From NCBI RefSeq assembly GCF_009914755.1, contig NC_060934.1: a stretch of DNA of 64,000 nucleotides. One strand, 5' to 3'. The notes under the pieces are model-generated. The model was given only the letters and a program-made list of their open reading frames with translations. It was not told the origin of the DNA and did not search any database. Positions within the stretch are counted from its first letter, which is position 1. The number at the start of each line of letters is the position of its first letter. The stretch is from the human T2T-CHM13v2.0 reference genome, Homo sapiens. Positions 1 through 14,575 of this stretch are shown piece after piece. Made by a program: the position numbers and the translations under genes.

Positions 1-539
1 TTATCTGTAAGCTAGAGATGTCGTTTGTCTTCCTTGCAGGGTGTTTCGGTAAGCCCAGCACCATGGCAAACCTACTGGAAGCAGTCAGCGAATGCTTATT
101 GAAAAGTAGGACAGACATGGAGTTACAGTCAAGAGTGATTAAATCAAGATAATTATATGATTACCTTCCTTCTTTAGGGCTGTTTCCCCTGCAAAATAAC
201 AGGGTATTTTCTATCAACACTAAATCCCCAAACACCTCTGGAACAAAGGTTTTAATCCTTTTTGAAGAAAGCAACTAAGACAGAGCTAAATGCATGGCCC
301 ACTTCCTCAGTGAGTCATCGGCAGGGCTGGATGACGCTGCTGTCCGCCGCACGATCCTTTAACTCCTCCAGCTGTGTGGGCAGATGAGAGCTGGCGTTTT
401 ACTAAGCGGCCATAAGTGGCCGTTTTCACAGGGATGTGGCTATGGCAGTGGCGGTGCAGTCACAACAAGCTCCAAAGTCTGGTGTTCCATTCCTGGCTCT
501 GCCAGTTACGAGCCACGGGGCCTCAACTGGGCAAGTAAG

Positions 540-1309
<770 letters not shown>

Positions 1310-3027
1310 GTAGGTGAGCCTCTCTGGGCCTGACAGGGTGGCCTGTCCGTGAGGATTCTGCTTAATTTCAATAGGGAAAATGAGTTTCTGGGATAAATTA
1401 AAAAGATGGAAAAATGAAAGAACCAAGACGCAGAGAGGCAAGGTGTGTCCCAAAGGAAAAATGGGTGTTGTTTCTACGAGAGGAAGTGCAAACAGCTTTG
1501 CAAACTGTCCCCTTGCTACTACGAACTGGCTGGTCCCTGTCCCACCATCCTCTGAAGCTAACACTCGTGGCTTGTGTTTTGCATGTACCTGGATTGAATT
1601 TATAGCAGTGACTGACTACAGAGGACAGAACAGTCAGTGCCATTGAAAGACAACCTATTCCTTGCAGTTCCTGAGAGGAAAGAGTGTGGCATACCATGCA
1701 GGGCCATGCGGGGAAGTGCCAGGATTGGCAAAAAACTTTTGTCCTGACCTCTTGTAACTTGTACTTTTCCCCCAGGGCCTTGGTGAACAAAGCTTCTCCA
1801 TCTCCTTCACCTGGGAAACGCCAACCATCCCTCAAACCCGGGCACCACTGTCCCCTCCTAGACAGCATGTGCCCTCAGGGCCACTGCAGCTCTCTGCTCA
1901 TGTGGTACCTGTCTGGCCCTACAGGAGCCCACCACATCCTGCACCAGGGATTCCTGGAGAACAGTCTCTGGGACTCACAGCCACCTCTGCCTTCGACACC
2001 CTACTCAGCCCTGAACGATGTGTGCCCTGGGGAACCTCCCTCACCTCCCACAGTCTGATGTCTCCATATGCAAGAGGAAGATGAAGATTCCCAGCTACCA
2101 TGGAGAGCTTGGGAGAAGATTAAATTAGGGAAACGCTCTTGTCCCTTGGGCACACAGTAGGCATTTCAGAATGACAGCTGCCGCTTCTAACCTCTTAGGA
2201 AGCTTCTCTGACGCAGGCTACCAGGGCCAACTCCTTCCACCTCTTGCAGGCTGCTGCCATGCCCTCGTGCTGCCCGGAATCTGCACTGCCAGCCTGTGCC
2301 TTTGGTGTAGATCTTTCTGGGAAAGCTTCGGCGGGCACTGCCACTCGGCTATGACAGCTGGAGAGTGATAAAGGGAGCCTGGCCCAAGGTCACCCATGGG
2401 GCTGCAGTGGCTGGTGGGTAAAATGCTTAGCCCAGGAACTGGAGGAAACCCTTTGACATGGAACCCTAGAGCATCTCTCCCCTGATAGCCGGGATTTGGA
2501 GAGGAGAATTGGGAGATGATTAAGAAGTGGGAAAAAAACGAGAAACCGCACTCTGAAGTGACACAAGAGGATCAGTTGCTCTTGAGAGTCTGATGAACAG
2601 GCTTCTGTCACTGAAGATGGTTTCAAAGATGAGATGCCTGCGACGCTCTCAGTGGTGGGAGATGAGTGAACCAGTCTGCTAGGCTCACAAGGGCTCTTGA
2701 TCTCACTGTGAAGCCCAAATGCCAACGTGGGAGTGGGCGCTGCCCTGAGCTGCCACCCCAGGAACCCCTGCTGAAGCCCACTTCTAGAAGGATCATGGGG
2801 AAATGATCCTGGAGACTGCCTGGGTTGGCAGGCTGGTGACTTCGGTGACGTGCTGTTAAAACAGCCTGCAGACAGGCCGCTTCAAGCTCCGTGCAACTGA
2901 CCACTACCGCCTGGACAGCTAAGATTGCACAGCAAAAAATTCCAGTCCACTGTACTCAGAATAAATTTTGCAACTTTTTTTTTGATTAAGCAGATATATT
3001 ATGCATGATTTTCTATTACTGACACGT

Positions 3028-3334
3028 GTTTTTTTTTTTTTAGGGGGGGGTGGTTTTTGAGACAGGGTCTTGCTCTGTCACCCAGGAATGCAGTGGCATG
3101 ATCACAGCTCACTGCAGCATTGACCGCTGTGCTCAAGCGATCCTCCTGCCTCAGCCTCCCAAGTAGCTGGGGCTACAGGTGCAGATCACCATGCCCAGCT
3201 TATTTTAAAATCTTATTGTAGAGATGGGGTCTCACTATGTTGCTAGGCTGGTTTCAAACTCTGGGGTTCAAGCAATCCTCTCACCTCACACTCCCAAAGT
3301 GCTGGGATCACAGGTGTAACCCACAGCGCCTGGC
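3028..3334 (-). mobile_element. Alu (AluJ-like)
   Basis: poly-T then GAGACAGGGTCTTGCTCTGTCACCCAGG...CAAAGTGCTGGGAT...CCTGGC. Confidence 0.95.
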
Positions 3335-4789
3335 TGATAGGTGGATTTTATTTAATATGGGCATCTTTATTTTTGGAAAAATTGAGTCTTATGTCAGATC
3401 CAAGGGTCTCATATCCCTTTGCTGCAGCAGCAAGGAAGACCCCACCCCGCGGAGCCATTCATTCTTAAAAATGTCCTCGCTTGGCTCTAGGATGTCATCC
3501 TGGTTCTTGTTTTCTCTCTGGACACCTCTTTGGTCCTGTCTGTCTTTGTGTCTTCTTTCCATCTAATTTTATAACTTTAATGATTGTCTCCGAGCAGCTG
3601 CTCTCCAAGTCCTCATCAGCCCACTGGGACACTTTGGCTATGAATCCCCAAAAGGCAGGGAAGAGTCCCTCACCCCACCTTCCACAGGTCTGTCCCTCCA
3701 TGTCTCCAGAACTTCAGGAGCAAATGCTAAGTTATTTTGACATTCTCCTCTTTTTGTTTTTGGTCACCATATTAATCAGGTCTGATAGGAATTTAGTTTC
3801 CTCTACAGTAGAAGTTCTTAGCCTAGGACCCTAGAAGTGTCTGAAACTCTAAGTAAAGTTGTATATGTATATTTCGGCAGAAAGGGACCACAGTTTTCAT
3901 CAGCTCCTCAAAGGGCCCATAACTCATTAATTAGCTGTTTTATGGTACCTCATTTATTTCCATCATCCACTCCTTTTTTCTTCTTTAATCAGGCCCATGT
4001 CACATGGCCATTCAAATATTATAATGGTTCCCTTCTTGGTTTTCCCGATGCAGGTGACTTCCCTTCCCAGTGTGTCCTACACAGGATGTCTGAACTCTTC
4101 CTGGTGCATGGATGAAAAACAGCAACCTCTGGCCCCTGGATGGGGTACCTAGCCTGGCACCTGGCATGGAGCAGCCACAGCGCATGTGGCTGGGGAATCT
4201 GGCTCGCCTAATGTCCTCTCTTTCTGCACTAACAGGCGTGTGCAAGGTAAGGCTGGGCTTGAGGCAGGCAGGGCAGAGTGCAGGAAAGATGGAGTGAGTG
4301 TGAGTTCTGCCACCTATTAGCTGAGTAGCCTCAGAGTCCTATATCTTTCCAGAACCTCTGCCATCGGAACTGGAAAAGGGGAGTATTCGCTCATTATCTC
4401 CCTGGCAGGTGAACTGGTAATCAGGTTGCCTTGGGCTCACCCATTGAAAAATGAAAAAATGGCTCACTCAATCTGAGGCCTGAGATAAGCCTTTCCTGAC
4501 AGCCAACATTCCTTTTGGCTTGTTTTTGTTGTTGTTGCTTATCTGTGTTATTACTGCCAGGAATGCCTGCTTAGGTCCCCTCTGCAACTGAGATCTCCTC
4601 TGTCCATATTTTGAGGCCTTGAAGACTTTCACAGCTTCCTCCTCCCCTTCTCCATTCTGCCATCACAAAGCCCTACGGGATGTATCAGGATCTCATCACT
4701 AAGTCCTTGATGATACATAAAGTGACTCCTGACCTTGGCATGTTACCTCAAAACATCAGCAGAGTGCCGTGATCACAGCACAACATTTC

Positions 4790-4950
4790 CAATGCAGCTA
4801 ACGTGCATTCATTATTCACTGTCGCAACAACCCAGCGAGGAAGCTCCTATTATGATCATTATTTGTCAGATGAGGAAATTGAGGCTTAGCAGCTTGAGGC
4901 TCCGATAAACCCAGGCAATGACTCCAAAGTTCAAACTCTGAAAGCACTAA
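4790..4950 (-). mobile_element. MIR fragment
   Basis: core motif CAGATGAGGAAATTGAGGCTTAG. Confidence 0.65.
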
Positions 4951-7759
4951 GTTACCTCATCTCCCATCTTGGTTTTGTTTTCTTAAGAAGTCTACCATTT
5001 TCTGCAGGGCAGGGAGTGCAGGCTTAACTTCTTTTGTAGTCTATACACTCCAGGCACTGCTAGAAACACATTGTGTGCTATGTAAATATTGTCTTTCAGA
5101 ATGCCAGGTATATGAGAGGTGCAATATGCTGTTCTGAAGTCGTTTGCTCGTGTCATATGTATCCCTACTGTTGTTTTGGGTGTTTCCATGGCAAGTCCTC
5201 ATACAGACCAAGAAAAGAACCAATTTTAAAATCTCAGGATATGGCCAGTGAAAATAATGGAGAAAAATAATTTTGCTTCTAATCTGTAATCTTCCGGTAG
5301 GATGCTAAATTTAAAATCTCTGCAAATAGATCTGTGGACAAAGTGTGAAGCCGAGATTATTAATAAGCACTTGTAATAGCTTTATTTCTCCTAGCCGGCG
5401 GCTATCAGGGGCTGGTGACAGAACCTGAGCATGTAAATTGCTGAGTCCTAAAGAAAAAAAATTAACAGTTACCCTAATTCCTGTGAGAAGTCTCATTAAT
5501 TCAAAAGGAAATGTTTTTTTTTCTTTTTGAGATCAAACCTCCAAGAGATGGTTCCATGCAATTTACGAATGGCAGCGTGTGTCTGTCACATTCTTCTCCA
5601 TTATAACCTGCTTTCTGTTCCCAACATAGTGGAGAAAGAAAGTATAAACATACATGCACAAATGGCATCTATATAAACAGCCACAACGAAATGTGTAGTT
5701 GGCTTAAGACAGATAGCAAGCTATATGAAAAATAGGCTATAATATATAAGGCAGATTTCAAAACAGCCATATATTCTAGACTCACGATCTGCCCCACTGG
5801 AGGGGAGAAATGAGGATTCTGGCAGAGCAAAACTAACAATATCATGCAAAAAAGATGCTCATTAAACTTCATCATCCTGTCTACTCTAATGATGCTTTTA
5901 CTTAATAAAAATTCCCGGAGCAGATGCAAGGATATTAGGTAAGGTCTTTGGTTATGTATCAGAGGTCCAAGCTGTCACCAGCAGGCATGCAGTTCAGGAG
6001 GTATGTTCCCTGGGGAAGGAGCTTTCACAGAATACAGGCAGAGAAAAATCAATAACTGCACCTTGCTTCCCTGCTTAAGCATTTAAGAAAATAGGTAATC
6101 CTTTTAAATTAAACTGCAAAGTGCTAAATGTTGCAATTTCCAGAATAAACTCAAAGGCAAAAGGAAATCAGTCCAAGGGCAATGGTAAGTTACTTCCCTG
6201 ATAGACTTCATACCTGGAGTGGATTTCTTTTATTTATGAAAAGAAAGAATCATTTTAGTACTTGGCATCTGCAGAGACTAAAAAGAGACATCCAACTGTA
6301 TATGTATGTGCTTGTAATACAACGTACACAAACCTATTCATAAATATAAGGAAGTAAGTTAGGAATTATTTTTGTATGGGCAATTTACCCATTTAAAAAT
6401 TACTCTTCAAAACCACTACTATGAAAATGCACTAACTTGAATCTAGCTCTCAGAACCTAAATAGTAATCATCTAATGGACCTCTTAAAATGTCCTCTAGC
6501 TGGAGGATGATATGATACAGTCACCAATGATCACTTTGGCCCATATATTAACATGACCTGCTTCAGATTTTATGCCCTGCCAACACAGAACTAGCTGGGG
6601 ATGACTCTGGTCGGGGCAAGAGTGAGGCACCACCCCAAAACTTGAACGTATGGGGAAATAAGGTTTTCCCCTGGGTGTTAAGTAATAAAAATCAACACAG
6701 AATAGATCGAAGCAGAAACATGAAAAGTCACCCAAAATAACACCAGCCTTAACTCCCAGACCAGTGCGCCTCGACTATAAGCAGACCAGGGATATCAGCA
6801 AAGCTGGAGAGAGAACCTGCCCATCAGAGTCAGCACTGAAAACGGGGGAGAAAATGCAGGCAGTAGGGACCAGCGGCTGTGAGTTCTGTGGATGCCCTGG
6901 CGGGACTGTGTGCCTAGGAGGAATCACAGAAAACAACACAGCACCGCCCACCCGGCACACGCGATCCACACCTGCACGGTCCAGCTTCTGGCCAGCTCCC
7001 CTCCTATACCTTCTGCCGCGACCCTCCATGCCCCTGATCCCAACTCCTTAGGGGCTTCTGTTTCCCATCACTATTCACTCTGCCTGGAATGCTCATCTCA
7101 AGGTCCCCCTGAGACAGGCGCTACCCCCATTCCCATTTGACAGGTGGGGAAACAAGGCCCAGAGTTTAAATACCGTGATGTGACTGCAGGTGTTCAGACT
7201 CCGGGGTCTGGCTGTGCTTCCCTGATGTTAGTGTCAACATGACTCAGTCTTAGGTCCATCAGGGTGTCCTGTCACCCTGGGTGCCGTAACTGGTTTACAC
7301 ACAAGCACGGGGCCAACAAGAGCCAGCGAGAAAAACAGGCCTCACATGGGAGCTCAAACCGCGTGGGAAGAAAAGTCCTTTCTTTTCTGTTTTACTTGAA
7401 GTAGGAAGGATGAGCCCAGATCTGCTGGTACCTTGTCCTAGCACTGTGGCGAGAGAGCCTGCTTGGGGGAGAAGCCAGCAGACAAAGCAGGAGTGAGGGA
7501 CGGAGAGAGACTGGGCCTAAGGACATTGTGTGGGTCCCAATGCCTGAAGTCAGCTGTATTGCTGGATGATGTTTAGTGTAAAATCATCAAAATAATCCCC
7601 CTCCCTCTTAGGCCTTGTGTTCCTTGTAATCAAAGCAATGCTGGTCTTGATGAATACGTCACCACTCTGGTCTACTGCAAATGTGAGTTCCCGAGCCAGG
7701 CCATCTTTGCCCACACTTTCTATCTTTGACTACGTTCATTTCCATCATACCACTCGTCA

Positions 7760-8060
7760 CCATCTAGTTATTTATTTGATGTCTGTTTCCTGCCTCCCCT
7801 GATAGAAGGTTCATTCCTAGAGCACCAGAACCTTATCTGTCTTGTTCAGTGTCCCTGGGACACACTAGAAATGTTTGTTGATTGACTTAATGAAAGTGTG
7901 TATAGCTGTACTTACTAGGAAGTATTACAAATATCCAAATACATGGATCCCAACTGGATCATTAGTGCCTCTGAGACAGGGACTAGGCCAACATCACTTT
8001 TGTTTCTCCAGTGCCTGGTGCCTCATACACAACTGTCACCCCAAAAATATGGAGTGACTG
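7760..8060 (+). mobile_element. L2 3'-end fragments
   Basis: TGTCTGTTTCCTGCCTCCCC...TCTGTCTTGTTCAGTGTCCC...AAATGTTTGTTGATTGAC, L2 tail-like. Confidence 0.55.
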
Positions 8061-8276
8061 AACATCTGAGCCAAGCATCACTTCCTGATGTCCTCAATTC
8101 CACGCTCATCAGGTGACTACCATCAGCTTCCCACCTGGAGCTGTCTACTGAAGGGATCTGTGCTGTGCAGACCGAGGCAAGTGTTCCCGTCTTTGGGGGC
8201 AGTTATCCTCTGTGGTGGAACTCCGGTTCCTCCAACAACTTCTTATGTTTTTTCCTCAGTTGGCTGCAGGGTTTCA

Positions 8277-8513
8277 TTTTTCTTGCCTTTTTGAGACAGG
8301 GTCTCACTCTGTTGCCCAGGCTGGAGTGCAGTGGTGCGATCATGGCTCACCGTAGCCTCCACCTCTTGAGCTCAAGTGATCCTCCTGCCTCAGCCTCCTG
8401 AGTAGCTGGCACAAGCACATGCCACCATGCCTAATTTTTTTTCATAAACACCTGGCTTCAAGTGATCCTCCTGCCTCAGCCTCCCAAGGTGCTGGGATTA
8501 CAGGCACACCTTG
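8277..8513 (-). mobile_element. Alu (AluJ-like, internally deleted)
   Basis: TTTTTGAGACAGGGTCTCACTCTGTTGCCCAGGCTGGAGTGCAGTGG; shortened left arm. Confidence 0.9.
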
Positions 8514-8784
8514 CCAGCTTGCAGGGCTTCTAAGGCTAAAGGGAAGACCAGGCACTCAGTAAAGGTGCTGCAGCGCCACTTCGTGAGGCCTTCTGGGAGC
8601 CAGGCCATTGTCCTCTTGCGGACACTTTTGTACAGTACCGTGACCAGGGTGATTCTACTAAATTCCTTTAAGATACAAAGGACTTTTATAGAATGTTAAT
8701 GATTTTTAATGTTGATAAGAACTAGTTGAAGATAGTAATTTATAAGAGAATTTGGTTAAAATTAACATTATATATATATTTTAA

Positions 8785-8902
8785 ACTATTTTTATAGATG
8801 GGATCTTGCTATATTGCCCAGGTTAGTGTCAAACTTCTGACCTCAAGTGATCTCAGACTCCTGAGTAGCTGGGATTACAGGTACAACTCACCAGGCCCAG
8901 CT
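8785..8902 (-). mobile_element. Alu monomer (FLAM-like)
   Basis: single Alu arm flanked by direct repeat AAAATTAACAT (about 8758 and 8903). Confidence 0.8.
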
Positions 8903-9456
8903 AAAATTAACATAAAAGTAGTGTTTTCTTCCCTTTGTTGGAAAAAAAATCAGAATGAATTTTTATTATCATGGAAGGGTTAGAGTCTTTCTGGCCTCAC
9001 GAGGCTCCTACATGGGCAGATGAGGGTCGTTCATGACCTCTGAGTCATTAGGCTGGTCATCACCAGGGCAGGATTCCTGTAGTGTGCACACAGGAAGCTT
9101 CTCTGCCACGTTGTATATACTAAGTCATTGAAGCCTTAAGCAATATCACGTGAAGGAAACCATGTGGAGCACACATTGTCCTGTGGCTCTAGAGGTAGTG
9201 ACATTACACAGATCTGGTGTCCCATGAAAAGGAATGCCAGTATCTAGAGAGAAGCCTTTGCTTTCTCTTGTTTTACGATAAGGACAAACGGTAGAAGCAT
9301 ACCATACATAGTGGTATTAGTATCACCACTGATATTCCTCCTCCTCTCCCTATTTGTGGCTGTTGGCCATCTGCTCTTGGCACTGTCCCTCCCTCTCAGT
9401 TTCTCTCTGCCCAGGTGACCTGATGATTTCACCACAGCAGGTGACACATGGCCGTG

Positions 9457-9849
9457 TGCTATAGTTTGGATCTGTGTTCCCACCAAATCTCATGTAGAAT
9501 TGTAGTCCTCAGTGTTGGAGGTGGTTGGATCATGGGGGCGGTTTCTCATGAATGGTTCAGCACTATCCCCTTGGTGCTGTTCTCGTGATAGTGAGTGAGT
9601 TCTCGCGAGATCTGGTTGTTGAAAAGCATGCAGCATTGACGCCCTTGTGCTCTTTCGTTCTGGCTCTGCCATGTGTGCCTGCCTCCTTTGCCTTCCACCA
9701 TGATTCTAAGTTTCCTGAGACCTCCCCAGAAGCATAAGCCGCCATGCTTCCTGTACCTCCTGCAGAACCATGAGCCAGTTAAACCTCTTCTATATAAATT
9801 ACGCAGTCTCAGGTATGTCTTTATAGCAGTGTGAGAATGGACTAATACA
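9457..9849 (+). mobile_element. MST-family (MSTA/B-like) MaLR solo LTR
   Basis: TGCTATAGTTTGGATCTGTGTTCCCACCAAATCTCATG...GGACTAATACA; 5-bp TSD CCGTG/CCATG with one CpG-type transition. Confidence 0.9.
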
Positions 9850-10347
9850 CCATGTCAGTGGAAAGCTGGACATCACGTTTAATCTAAGTTCAGGCCTATA
9901 GGTGTCAGAGTGCAGGGCAGAGAATGGTGAATTGGAATTCAGAAGGCTTTGGGATTAATCCACTAGCAGGGTGATTTGCATTTCCCCAAACAGAAAAAGG
10001 AGGTGTGTGGATCTAAACAGGGGTGGTAACTATCTGGCCTGAGCACTGCTACTCCCCATCTCATATCCACGGCAGATATCACACACTGAGCAGGTGCTCT
10101 GTTGGAATGTGCCAGACCTCACAAAGATAAAGCACTCCAGGCAAAGGATTCAGCCTGGTCAGGGTTGGGCATCTGAATGGAACTTAACATGCTTTGCCCA
10201 GGAACCCTGTAGAGCAAATCACTTTAATATTAACATATTTACCCCTTAACCAAATCATGTTACGTGAAACTCTACAGGGCTTGTACCTCTAAGATTCCTT
10301 CTGTGCTCTGGTTAGATTATGGCATGATAATCTATAATTATCGTGAG

Positions 10348-10603
10348 TTTTTTTGAGACAGAGTCTTGCTCTGTCACCCAGCTGGAGTGCATTGGAACAT
10401 TATCAGCTCACTGCAACCTCTGCCTCCCAAGTAGCTGGGATTACAGGCACATACCACCACACCCGGCTCATTTTTGCATTTCTTGTAGAGATGGAGTTTT
10501 GCCTTGTTTCCCACGCTAGTCTTGAACTCTTGGACTCAAGCCATCCACCCGCCTTGGCCTCCCAAAGTGCCGGGATTACAGGCGTGAGCCACCACACCCG
10601 GCC
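10348..10603 (-). mobile_element. Alu with right-arm deletion
   Basis: Alu arms; flanking TATCGTGAG/TATCATGAG direct repeat. Confidence 0.9.
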
Positions 10604-10698
10604 AGTATCATGAGATTTTAGACAGCACTGTATTATTTTCCCCTCCTCCATCGCCCATGGATTTTCTGGAAGGTGAATGACGTTCCACTTATGGAGCA

Positions 10699-10833
10699 GA
10701 CCAGGTGTGGTGGCCCATGCCTATAATCTCAGCACTTTCGGAGCCTGAGGCAGGAGGATCCTTTGAGCCTAGGAGTTCAAGATTAGCCTGGGAAACATAG
10801 CAATACCCCATGTCTGTTTAAAAACAAAAACAA
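10699..10833 (+). mobile_element. Alu monomer (FLAM-like)
   Basis: CCAGGTGTGGTGGCCCATGCCTATAATCTCAGCACTTT...A-rich tail. Confidence 0.85.
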
Positions 10834-11326
10834 GTAGAGTAATGATATTTTAAAAATCCTTAGGAATCAACGCCAGAAAATACCCAGCTACCTACTACCT
10901 ACATGTGCATTATCCATGCGGCTCTCACCAGGTGAGCTTTAGGCAGAAGCAGCTCGGAGAAGCTGCATCTGGTACCTTTTCCCACTTCCCTGGCAAAGAC
11001 AAACTTCCCCATGTAAGCCGTGTTCTCTTTGAAGTGGCAAATACTATCCACAAACACAGCATCTCATTTCTGCTGGTGTGCAGAAAGAGCAAAGTGGTAT
11101 TTAGGAGCAAGTGAACACCTGGCAATGGGATAATGGAGACGGCATCTCCGAGAGCTCAACAGGAGATGAGACTTTGAACTCCATCTCCTCTTTTTTCACT
11201 TTCACATTTTTGAGTTTTTTGGAAAAAAAAAATCCTGAAAAAGAATGAAGAGTTTAAAGTTTAAAAAAATACTTGTAGCCCTGGGTAGATTCAGCAGACT
11301 TAATAATTTTCATCCATTTCCTCCTA

Positions 11327-11620
11327 GTTTAGGGACAGGGTCTTGATCTGTTGCCCTGGCTGCGGTGCCATCATAGCTCACTGCAGCCTCAAACTCCTGG
11401 ACTCAATAGATCCTCCTGTCTCAGCCTCCCAAAGTGCTGGGACTACAGGTGTGCATCATCATGTCTGGCTGATTTTTAAATATTTTGTAGAGATAGGGCC
11501 TTGCTATATTGCCCAGGCTAATATAGAACTCCTGGCCTCAAATGATCCTCCTGCCTTGGCCTGAGACCTCCTCCTCCTCAGACCTTCTGGGATTACAGGT
11601 GTGAGCCACGGTGCCCAGCC
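11327..11620 (-). mobile_element. Alu (AluJ-like)
   Basis: diverged dimeric Alu ending GTGAGCCACGGTGCCCAGCC. Confidence 0.9.
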
Positions 11621-12391
11621 TAAAATCAGATTTTTAAGAATCTCAGAAAAATGTATGGTCTGCAAGTGCAAAAAGCTTAAAAATAAAGATGTCTATGATC
11701 TATGAGAAGATTCCATGCATCAGCAAGGAATTGAGTGGGACCCTGGCACTGCCTCACCTAGGAGCTGCCTCTGGCTAGGGGAGAGCCTTAGCTGCTTCAT
11801 GCCCCCAACAGGCCCCGTAGGCTGCAAGCAAAACTGTGGCTGTGGGTGGGGAGGGAAGAGCCGAAGCTTGTCATAACAGCCCCTAGCATCCAAGAATCCA
11901 AAGTGTTTCATCTAAGAATCTCACCCACAAAACACCCCTGGAAGGTGCTAGAGCATGCTAAATACAGCTGGTGAAAGCGAGGTGGAAGTAAAAGCGTGGG
12001 GTGGAGATGGCAGAGGAGCAGGTGTCTGCAAAGCCAAGCACCTCCCGGGCCCCGTACGACGACACTGGATGGAACATTCCAAAGGAAAGTGTGCACCATG
12101 GTTATTTTCAAATGTCAACCAACCATGTTCTGTAACAATCGTCTCCTACTACCCCAACAATATTCTCATGGAAAAGTATTCTTCCCTGAAAAACGATCAT
12201 CCAAGAAGATTTCCATCCAACATATCTCCCCAAAAAGGTAAAACAAGCCCTCTTTTATTTAGTATTTGCTCACTGAATACCTCGAGTGAGTTAAGTTCTC
12301 TTCTCATAAGCTGTTTCTAAAATCTTCTTAAACACACATTAGTACGTCCAATTTGCAGAGACACATTCCATATTCCACATATCTCTGCAGA

Positions 12392-12752
12392 ATAGCGCTG
12401 TCCAAAATATAATTTGAGCCATGAATGTAGCTTTAAATTTTCTCATAGCTGCATTATAAAAGTAAAAAAGACTGGATGGAATTAATTTTAATATCATATT
12501 TTATTTAACCCAATATAGCCAAAATATCATTTCAACATGTCATCAATTTAAAAATGATTCATGATCTATGTTATCTGTAATTTGATGATGAATAATTTAG
12601 TAAATTTATTACATAAATTTAATGATTTTTTGAGTACTATGTCTTTGAACTCTGGTGAGTATTTTAGAGTTAGAGCACACTGTCCGTCAGACAAGCTACA
12701 GTTCAACAGCTCAGGAGCCACCTATAGTTGGTGGCTATGCTACTGCACAGCA
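12392..12752. mobile_element. MER33/MER3-like hAT-Charlie MITE
   Basis: AGCGCTGTCCAA terminus; TTTTATTTAACCCAATATAGCCAAAATATCATTTCAACATGT motif. Confidence 0.7.
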
Positions 12753-12877
12753 GATATAGACAAGCTGAATATGGTGGAGTTGAGCCACCTTCTTGTACTT
12801 AGATGAAAGACATTTTAAAGGCTGACGGCCCCTTTCCTGTCATCCTGGCACTTGGTTACTTTTAATACTTTAGAAAA

Positions 12878-13322
12878 CGGGTGGCCAACCCTTGGGCCGT
12901 GGACAGGTACCTAACCGCAGCCTGTTAGAAGCTGGGCTGCATAGTAGGTGGTGAGTGGCAGGCGAGGAAGCAAAGCTTCATTTTTATTTACAGCTGCTCC
13001 CCATTGCACATGCGAGAGATCTAGGTTGCACGCTCCTTATGAGAATCTAATGCCTGATGATCCGTCACTATTTCCCATCACCCCCAGATGGGACTGTCTA
13101 GTTGCAGGAAAATAAGCTCAGGGCTCCCACTGATTGTGTATTATGGTGTACTGTATATTTATTTCATTATACATTACAATGTAATAATAACAGAAATAAG
13201 GCACACTATAATGTAAAGTGCTTGACACATCCCAAAACCATCTCCCCGCAACCCTGCTGGTCCATGGAAAAACTGTCTTCTACAAAACTGGTGCCTGGTG
13301 CCAAAAAGGCTGGAAACTGCTG
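12878..13322. mobile_element. MER1A-like hAT-Charlie element
   Basis: GATCTAGGTTGCACGCTCCTTATGAGAATCTAATGCCTGATGA and ACAAAACTGGTGCCTGGTGCCAAAAAGG hallmarks. Confidence 0.85.
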
Positions 13323-14409
13323 GTTTCGAGTAAGGAAGGATACACACAGGAAATCTGTTATCTAGAGTCCCGTTTACCTAGAGATTTTCCCAATGTCCTT
13401 ATTTGTAATAGTTGTGATATTGGAAAGGTTTTTAAGCCAAAATGAATAACTCCTGAAGCCCGTAAATGCTACTTGGTTGGAGAAAATATGTTCAGTCCTT
13501 CTCTTCCCCCAAAGCACAAAAACATAAAAGCAGCTTTAAGAGCCAAAGGTCCCCAGCGCCCGGCTGGCTAGAGTGCATTATCCATGAGGCCCTCCCTGGG
13601 GGCTCAAGCAGCAGTGACTACAGCTTGGGTGCATTCATGAGTTTGCCGTTTCCAGGGTGGACCAGACTTCCTCACTCAGCTGTGATCCTTCTCGAGTGGC
13701 CACACTACGTCTAGCCTCTGGGCCCATTGCCAGGGAAGACGGGCTGCAGGGAAGTCTCCAGAATAGGCTGCAGTGGCCAGGAGGAGGGACGTCCCAATCA
13801 GGCTTTTATAAACAAGGCAATAAACTGCTTAGAAATCCCCTGGTTATAATAGGGCTAACTGTATTTTTTAACTTCCCCATTCTTTGTTGAGGAATTTTTT
13901 TCCCATAAAATTTAGAAATACACAACTGAAAACTAAAGAAAAGGTGAGATCCGAAGACGCTACTACTGAGTTCCCATAGATGTCTTCATTATTCTTTTGA
14001 CAACTGTTGATTTGTTTCCAAATACCACTTTGCTTCTTTCCCTGCAACAAGACAGCCCCTCACCCACTGGCCTCTTTGTGTTCTCTTGCTCTGCTTCTAA
14101 CTCCCATGTACTGGGGGCTGACATCTGCACCTCCAGCTAATAGTGACAGTAAACCCTTTCTCATGGGAGACACCTGTATAGAGTTAACTTTTAAAATACA
14201 CAGCAAGCAACGCTGGTATGACTCATGAATACTGGGTGAAAGCAAGGCTTCTGGATAGACTTACTATCCAGGCTGCTTTTCCAGAGAGCGAGAGAGAGTG
14301 AGAGAGAATGAATATGAATGAATCTCTCTTTATGTTCAGCACCTGTGTGAAAGTTATAATGTACAGCAGACTGGTAGAAATGACTTTGAAATTCATTCGT
14401 GATTCTTGG

Positions 14410-14575
14410 CAGCTGGGTACCCTTAGACAAGTTACCTAACCTCTCTGATAAAAGTGCTTTATCCTCCATAAAACAGGACTGATAATAATAGCACATAACT
14501 CAATAGGGTTGTTGGGAGGACAAAATAACAGAAATACAGAGTGCTCAGCAGGTATCAAACAGGTGCTCAATAAAC
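14410..14575 (+). mobile_element. MIR fragment
   Basis: CCTTAGACAAGTTACCTAACCTCTCTG...ATAATAATAGCAC...GTGCTCAATAAA. Confidence 0.7.
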
